From the NCBI GenBank assembly GCA_049322915.1, contig JBMOPW010000035.1, positions 96,001 through 160,000 on the forward strand: a DNA stretch of 64,000 bases, given 5' to 3'. Of the stretch, positions 59,004 through 64,000 are shown in pieces (position 1 is the stretch's first letter; each line of letters opens with the position of its first letter). The notes below the pieces were generated by a model that saw only the letters and a program-made list of their open reading frames with translations, was not told the DNA's origin and made no database searches. The DNA is from Candidatus Zhuqueibacterota bacterium (GTDB lineage: Bacteria > Zhuqueibacterota > Zhuqueibacteria > Thermofontimicrobiales > Thermofontimicrobiaceae). The translations under genes were made by a program, and so were the position numbers.

Positions 59004-61943
59004 ATGAATGTTTCCCAGTTTACATCGAAGCACATCATCATTGCTGCCTGTATTTGCATGTGCATCGCAGCTTGTCTTGGTTTGCTTTTTGAAAATGTAA
59101 CTTATTTTTATGGCCTCGATGCTGATCTGCTGGACTACCTGATTTTCAAAAATAACAGCCGCAAGCCGTCGGACAAATTATCCCTCATTGTGATTGATGA
59201 TGAAAGCGTCCGTGAATTCGATGACGATAAATCTGCACTCCGCGATCAATATACTTATCTGATACAAAAATTATCGTCGTTCGGAGCTCGTTCCATCGCC
59301 TTTGACCTTTTTTTTGGTGATGGTTCAGAACCGTCAACGGACGCCCGCCTTGCCTTTGTGACAGATTCGACGCGAAAAGTGATTCACAGTTTTTATTTTC
59401 CGGAAAACGGGCCAGGCGGCGAGTATGATTCACTAATAGAATATCAAAAATACGCCATCGAAATCCGGAATGAAAATTACCTGGATATCATCGAGGTGGA
59501 TTATGCCACTTTTCCCAACGCAAATTTTATTGACGCCTTTGATTATGCCGGTTTTGTTTCGTATGAATGCGATAAGGACGGGGCAACCCGGCGCATGCCC
59601 CTGATTTACAAATTTAACGGATTGATTTACCCCTCGTTAACCCTGGCGGCCATGTTCCATTACAATGATATGCAGGTGAAATCCATTCGTATCGAGCGCG
59701 GGACCTGGGGTTTTCAAATGATTATTGATGTGCCGAACAGCCCTGTTCGCATACCAGTGGATAACAAGGGCCAGGCAATGCTGAATTACTATGGGACGTT
59801 CCAGCTCTTCTCCCATCACCCACTTCATAAAACGATTAAACTATTGCAATCAATTCAATGGAACAATGGTTTGGATACGTCGATGCTTCCTTTTCATGAT
59901 CACATTGTTCTGTTTGGAAACACCGAACTCAATGAAGGCGACAGCCATAATACACCCTTTTCGGTTGATTTCCCCGGAGTTGGTCTCCACGCAACGCTGA
60001 TCAGCAATATCCTGAATCATGACTTCCTGGTTGAAGCTCCCTGGTACATCAATTTTCTTGTCACACTGATTTTGCTCATTTTTCTATTTTGTTCCTTCAG
60101 CTATTATTTGAAACATTCAAAATCACAGCTATTCTTTTCTTTCCTCTCGCTCGCCCCGCTGCTGGTGCTAAATTCAGCTTACTATTTTTTTATATTCAAC
60201 AACACAGGAATCTGGCTGAAATTATTTCAGGTGAATTCGATTTTTATGGTTCTGTTTTTCTTCCTGTTATTTTTCGAAAAAATAATTCATCTCAAAAAAT
60301 TGAACCGGGAGATTTCAGATCTGGAAGAAAAACTCCGGAATAAATCCATCGATCTGGACAAAGTCAATGAGCAAGTGCGATTTCAATCGGAGCAATTAAA
60401 GATTGTCACCTATTTTGCCAATGAATTGCGCAATACCTATTCGAGTACCTCGCCGGATGGAACAGAAGTGAAGGATGAATTTATCGGTCACCTGCTGGAA
60501 AATGAAAACATTTTGAAACAGCAGATCGATGCGGAATTGCAGCGGTATAAAATTGAAAAACAGATCCTCGATGCGGAGCTTTTGCAATTGAGAGCGGAGC
60601 GTCAGGCGTTTTTGAACAGGAATATCGAGGTCGAAAAAGTTGGAAAGCAGCCGCCGAGCAACCCGGATAAAACCATACGCTTTCAAAATATCCTGTCATA
60701 TTTGGATTATTTTTATTCCCAGTTGAGATCAGGTCGCCTTAATCAACAGGTCACTATGGGCATCATAGCCGTTCCTTTCTTGAAGACCGAAACCTGTGAA
60801 TTGATGAAAACAGAAATGGGCGAATTATTTGATGAAATAAAAACGATCAGTGCTTTTAAAACGACTGCTCTGATCAATGGCGAGTCCGGCACAGGGAAAG
60901 AACTCATCGCCGATGCAATTCACGAGCAAAGTTCGTTAAAAAACAAGAGAATGGTAAAACTGGATTGCGGTGCAATTCCGGAAACACTCTTGGAGAGCGA
61001 ATTGTTCGGGCATACCAAGGGCGCTTACAGTGGCGCCCACACGGATCGCAAAGGCGCATTTCTTACAGCAGACGGCAGCACCATATTTTTGGACGAAATT
61101 GGCGAGTTGAAATTGGACTTGCAGGCGAAACTGCTTCGCGTAATTCAGGAAAAGACAATCAAAAAAGTAGGCGCTGATACGCCAATTCAGGTTGATGTAA
61201 GAATTATTGCAGCGACGAACCGGGATTTAGCAACAGCCGTGCAAAAAGGTGAGTTTCGCCAGGACTTGTATTATCGCCTCAATGTCGTGAATTTGAAAAT
61301 CCCGCCGCTGAGACAGAGAAGATGGGATGTTCCGTTCCTGATCCATTTCTTTTTATCTCAATATAGTGACAGGTATGGCGAAAAAAAATCCTTTACCGAC
61401 GAAGCGTATAACGCGGCCATGTGTTACGACTGGCCCGGGAATATCAGGGAACTGCAAAATCTAATTGAAAAACTCTACGTCACGTGCCCCAAACAGTTGA
61501 TTGACTTATCTGATTTGACGCCATCGATCCAGACTACCTATCGAGAAATAATGGCAACCGGTGACCAGGCGTGTTGGCATCATATTGGAGATATGGTTCA
61601 AAAAGAAAAAGACCGGTTGCTCGATCTCTGTAAATCTTCCTTAAGATCGAAAAAAGCAAAAACGACTTTTATGCCGTCGGGAATGAATCTGGATGAAGAG
61701 ACAAATTGTTATGACGCCCTGGCATGCTATGTCGATCAACTGGCCACGCTATTCCCACCAGTGAAAAAAGAAGCGCTGGTTCGTTCTGCCATTGTTCAGA
61801 TGCAGGAAGAATTATTTAAATGCTGCCATCAGGAAAAAATTGGGAAATTAAACGAATTGTACCCAGTCATTGAAAAAATTTTAGGCCGCAGTCGGCGCCA
61901 GATTGATAATTGGCGGGGTGATTTGAGTGAAAATTCTGATTAA
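59004..61943 (+). CDS. Membrane-bound CHASE2 sensor fused to a sigma54 AAA+ activator
   Basis: TM, CHASE2 (LIVIDD…IAFDLFF…D.DG..RR.PL…PGVGLHA..I.NIL), 3 TM and a coiled coil. Then GESGTGKE, ESELFGH.KGAYSGA, FLDEIG, RIIAATN, WPGNIREL and a divergent C-terminal HTH. Confidence 0.92.
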   Translation: MNVSQFTSKHIIIAACICMCIAACLGLLFENVTYFYGLDADLLDYLIFKNNSRKPSDKLSLIVIDDESVREFDDDKSALRDQYTYLIQKLSSFGARSIAFDLFFGDGSEPSTDARLAFVTDSTRKVIHSFYFPENGPGGEYDSLIEYQKYAIEIRNENYLDIIEVDYATFPNANFIDAFDYAGFVSYECDKDGATRRMPLIYKFNGLIYPSLTLAAMFHYNDMQVKSIRIERGTWGFQMIIDVPNSPVRIPVDNKGQAMLNYYGTFQLFSHHPLHKTIKLLQSIQWNNGLDTSMLPFHDHIVLFGNTELNEGDSHNTPFSVDFPGVGLHATLISNILNHDFLVEAPWYINFLVTLILLIFLFCSFSYYLKHSKSQLFFSFLSLAPLLVLNSAYYFFIFNNTGIWLKLFQVNSIFMVLFFFLLFFEKIIHLKKLNREISDLEEKLRNKSIDLDKVNEQVRFQSEQLKIVTYFANELRNTYSSTSPDGTEVKDEFIGHLLENENILKQQIDAELQRYKIEKQILDAELLQLRAERQAFLNRNIEVEKVGKQPPSNPDKTIRFQNILSYLDYFYSQLRSGRLNQQVTMGIIAVPFLKTETCELMKTEMGELFDEIKTISAFKTTALINGESGTGKELIADAIHEQSSLKNKRMVKLDCGAIPETLLESELFGHTKGAYSGAHTDRKGAFLTADGSTIFLDEIGELKLDLQAKLLRVIQEKTIKKVGADTPIQVDVRIIAATNRDLATAVQKGEFRQDLYYRLNVVNLKIPPLRQRRWDVPFLIHFFLSQYSDRYGEKKSFTDEAYNAAMCYDWPGNIRELQNLIEKLYVTCPKQLIDLSDLTPSIQTTYREIMATGDQACWHHIGDMVQKEKDRLLDLCKSSLRSKKAKTTFMPSGMNLDEETNCYDALACYVDQLATLFPPVKKEALVRSAIVQMQEELFKCCHQEKIGKLNELYPVIEKILGRSRRQIDNWRGDLSENSD

Positions 61944-61948
61944 TCCAT

Positions 61949-61990
61949 TAAAATTTGGAAATGCTTCCCGGTGAAAATTTCCAAATTTTA
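61949..61990. promoter_or_regulatory. Putative upstream activator sequence (14-bp inverted repeat)
   Basis: TAAAATTTGGAAAT-N14-ATTTCCAAATTTTA. The half-site AAATTTGGAAAT recurs at 62085-62096. Confidence 0.55.
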
Positions 61991-62203
61991 TTTACTCCAT
62001 ATAAAATCCGTCCCGTTTCCTTCCACCGTATTCCCTTTAATTTTATTGAATTAGTAACGTACCAATATAAAATTCTTTCCCATGAAATTTGGAAATCTCC
62101 TGTTTCCACGCAAATAAAATTCCGCACAACAAATTTTTCTCTTATCCAGTTAATTGCCAATTTATTAACAAATTACATCCTTCAAAAATTTGCAGAAAAG
62201 AAG

Positions 62204-62220
62204 TTGGCACAGCCTTTGAA
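62204..62220 (+). promoter_or_regulatory. Sigma54 (-24/-12) promoter
   Basis: TTGGCAC-AGCCT-TTGAA versus the consensus TGGCAC-N5-TTGCW (one mismatch). Lies just downstream of a sigma54 activator gene. Confidence 0.65.
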
Positions 62221-62445
62221 TGAGCCTGATGCGAACATCGCTGATAAATGAAAAGACATCAGACAACAAAGTAGCTATCATTAACGATGATGTTCACGCT
62301 CTTTCGAAATTTATTTAACTCACCCGAATGTTGCAGACTAATTAGAATGGATCGAGTGTCGGGTCAGCCTATTCGCAAAATGGTTCGGCGCTTGTTCCGG
62401 CAACATTCAAAAAATTCTTCATCATTATTTTATTGGAGGTGTATC

Positions 62446-63150
62446 ATGGATACATTCGTTAACCCGATTCCAGGAATCAAACTGGAAAAAATGTTTGCTT
62501 TCGATTTTCCTCTGGGGTCTACTTCTAAGGATTATCAAACTCCCGGATGCAAGCGGAATGTGGATTTGAACAATCCGAATGGCCAGGGCGAAACCCCAAC
62601 ATCTGAGGTTCCAACTCAGGAAGGTATTTATGGCAAGTTGGGCAATCCCAAACGTCACCAGGGATTTCCCTCTGTTATGGAATGGCCCACTCCTGAAGCC
62701 GAAGATCCTGATATGCAAGACCAGATCGTGGATATCGACCGCGAAGCCTGCTTTGACCACACCGGTCGACTGAGCGGCTCGTTCGTGAAATACCTGGTTC
62801 AGGCAAATCATCATTCCAACGTCAAAATGACGGTTGTTCCGTTAACCCATGGAAATGGAAGCCCTGTATTAATTTGGGAGTCTGGTTTTGTGGCTCTTGT
62901 ACCGCAGGCGGCTGGTCCGAATAAGTGGTACTGGGAAGACATTGCCAAGCAGAATGAATTAATTTTCACTGCCCACGCTGTGATCAATCCGCAAAAATGG
63001 CAGTCCCTGAATTTGAAACCGGGCATCTACAAACTGGTTATCAACTGGGAATTTTGGGCAGCCACCGGAAAAGTCAGAGAGAGAATGCCTATTTCCGGAT
63101 TCGATGAATCAGTATCGTTCGAACTCTCTGCTCCGACAATCGATCTGTAA
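62446..63150 (+). CDS. Hypothetical cytoplasmic protein (234 aa), putative sigma54 target
   Basis: Strong SD GGAGG before MDTFVNP, no signal peptide, beta-rich C-terminal half. Confidence 0.75.
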   Translation: MDTFVNPIPGIKLEKMFAFDFPLGSTSKDYQTPGCKRNVDLNNPNGQGETPTSEVPTQEGIYGKLGNPKRHQGFPSVMEWPTPEAEDPDMQDQIVDIDREACFDHTGRLSGSFVKYLVQANHHSNVKMTVVPLTHGNGSPVLIWESGFVALVPQAAGPNKWYWEDIAKQNELIFTAHAVINPQKWQSLNLKPGIYKLVINWEFWAATGKVRERMPISGFDESVSFELSAPTIDL

Positions 63151-63210
63151 AAAAGTGTTCCCATTCTCCCAATCCAGGGTTGATTGTGACGTTTAGTACC
63201 CAAACCAAAT

Positions 63211-63251
63211 ACGGCCATCCATTTCTCCCGATCCGGGCTATGGATGGCCGT
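63211..63251. terminator. Hairpin between convergent genes
   Basis: 11-bp stem ACGGCCATCCA/TGGATGGCCGT. Confidence 0.55.
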
Positions 63252-63294
63252 CTTAATTTCGAGTCTTCATCACATGAAATTGTGATAAAACAGG

Positions 63295-63519
63295 CTAATT
63301 CAAATTGGTGTAAATGTCCTGGTATTCGGCGGGCGCGTAACGTCCGGTATGATTAACATTCCTCTTTGCATTACGAATGATCACTTGACCGTTACGCCAG
63401 TTTTCCCGAAGTTCATAATTGCAGCGAGGGCAGGTGTAAATAATCCAATCACCATCCCGGGTGGAATCACACGTATGTCTTTCCGGAACAGATGAGGAGC
63501 CATTGTTAAATTCTGTCAT
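63295..63519 (-). CDS. Small protein with possible zinc ribbon (H.C…CPRC…H)
   Basis: 74 aa, SD GAGGTG, YTCPRCNYE motif. Confidence 0.6.
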   Translation of the reverse strand: MTEFNNGSSSVPERHTCDSTRDGDWIIYTCPRCNYELRENWRNGQVIIRNAKRNVNHTGRYAPAEYQDIYTNLN

Positions 63520-63741
63520 TTTCCACCTCTACTGGTTACTAGTACAGAGTTCTTCACCCAATTATAGCGCATTCCATCCGAGCGTCGAATGCTGAATGCG
63601 CTCTTAAAGACAAGTTAACTTCACATACGCATTTGGTCGTGTCGCTATGGTTCAAAAATTATATCCACGCTTGTTCAATATAATAGATATTTTTTTACTA
63701 AAAATCAAATACTATTTTTGTAATAATAAAGGAATTATATT

Positions 63742-64000
63742 ATGACAGAACATAATATCGCTCCGAAAAACTGGGCTCTGACCTATCGCGCTCTGAACAG
63801 GGCGTTGACTCACTATTCAAACGATCCTGATATTTCCCTCATCGATGTGGGATTTCGGATTCGCACTTCAAATGAAAATCAAATTCTGCCGGAGTTAGCA
63901 GTGAGATTTCATGTCAAAAAGAAGTTGACTGGCGGGGAATTCAGAAATCTGGTGATGCATTTTCCCCATCGGGAGATTGACGCGAACAGGATAGGTTTTG
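63742..64000 (+). CDS. Partial ORF running off the window; resembles the N-terminal region of Nal1-type trypsin-like proteases
   Basis: AAGGA SD, then MTEHNIAPKNW…DPDISLIDVGFRIR…ELAVRFHVKKK with no stop before the window end. Absent from the ORF track because it is truncated. Confidence 0.55.
   Translation, partial: MTEHNIAPKNWALTYRALNRALTHYSNDPDISLIDVGFRIRTSNENQILPELAVRFHVKKKLTGGEFRNLVMHFPHREIDANRIGF

Overview
A 64-kb chromosomal window from a diderm bacterium, probably FCB superphylum and KSB1/Calditrichota-like. This is inferred from FlgD-type C-terminal sorting domains, a PorV-like barrel and several TonB receptors, not from a marker gene. From left to right it holds six blocks. (1) The end of a porin gene, then a Moco-class riboswitch of the short, P3-less (tungsten-associated) form leading a small Cys-rich ORF, a lipoprotein with two degenerate molybdopterin-oxidoreductase-like repeats and a TonB receptor. 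(2) A convergent nikR-TonB receptor-ECF S component-methyltransferase operon with two matching NikR boxes. (3) A secreted FlgD-tailed protein, nested MITE/REP elements and a lone RND permease. (4) A minus-strand run lysA-dapF-CHASE2 cyclase-NYN nuclease-kinase-NtrC regulator. (5) Housekeeping and envelope genes: sirtuin, MFS, iaaA, ECF sigma/anti-sigma, MacAB-TolC-like exporter, a DEAD-box helicase bracketed by a 69-bp duplication, a TonB receptor with two paralogous lipoproteins and an ABC exporter. (6) A ~17-kb cluster encoding an exported, membrane-anchored TPR-CHAT protease, a beta-propeller/FlgD protein, a PorV-like barrel-transglutaminase-TPR fusion and a CHASE2-sigma54 activator fusion, followed by an enhancer-like palindrome, a -24/-12 promoter and an unknown target gene. 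The two best candidates for undescribed systems are the riboswitch-controlled Mo/W-cofactor uptake locus and the CHASE2-sigma54 envelope signalling cluster. No rRNA, tRNA, CRISPR array or transposase was recognised. All calls come from motif recognition by eye; no searches were run.
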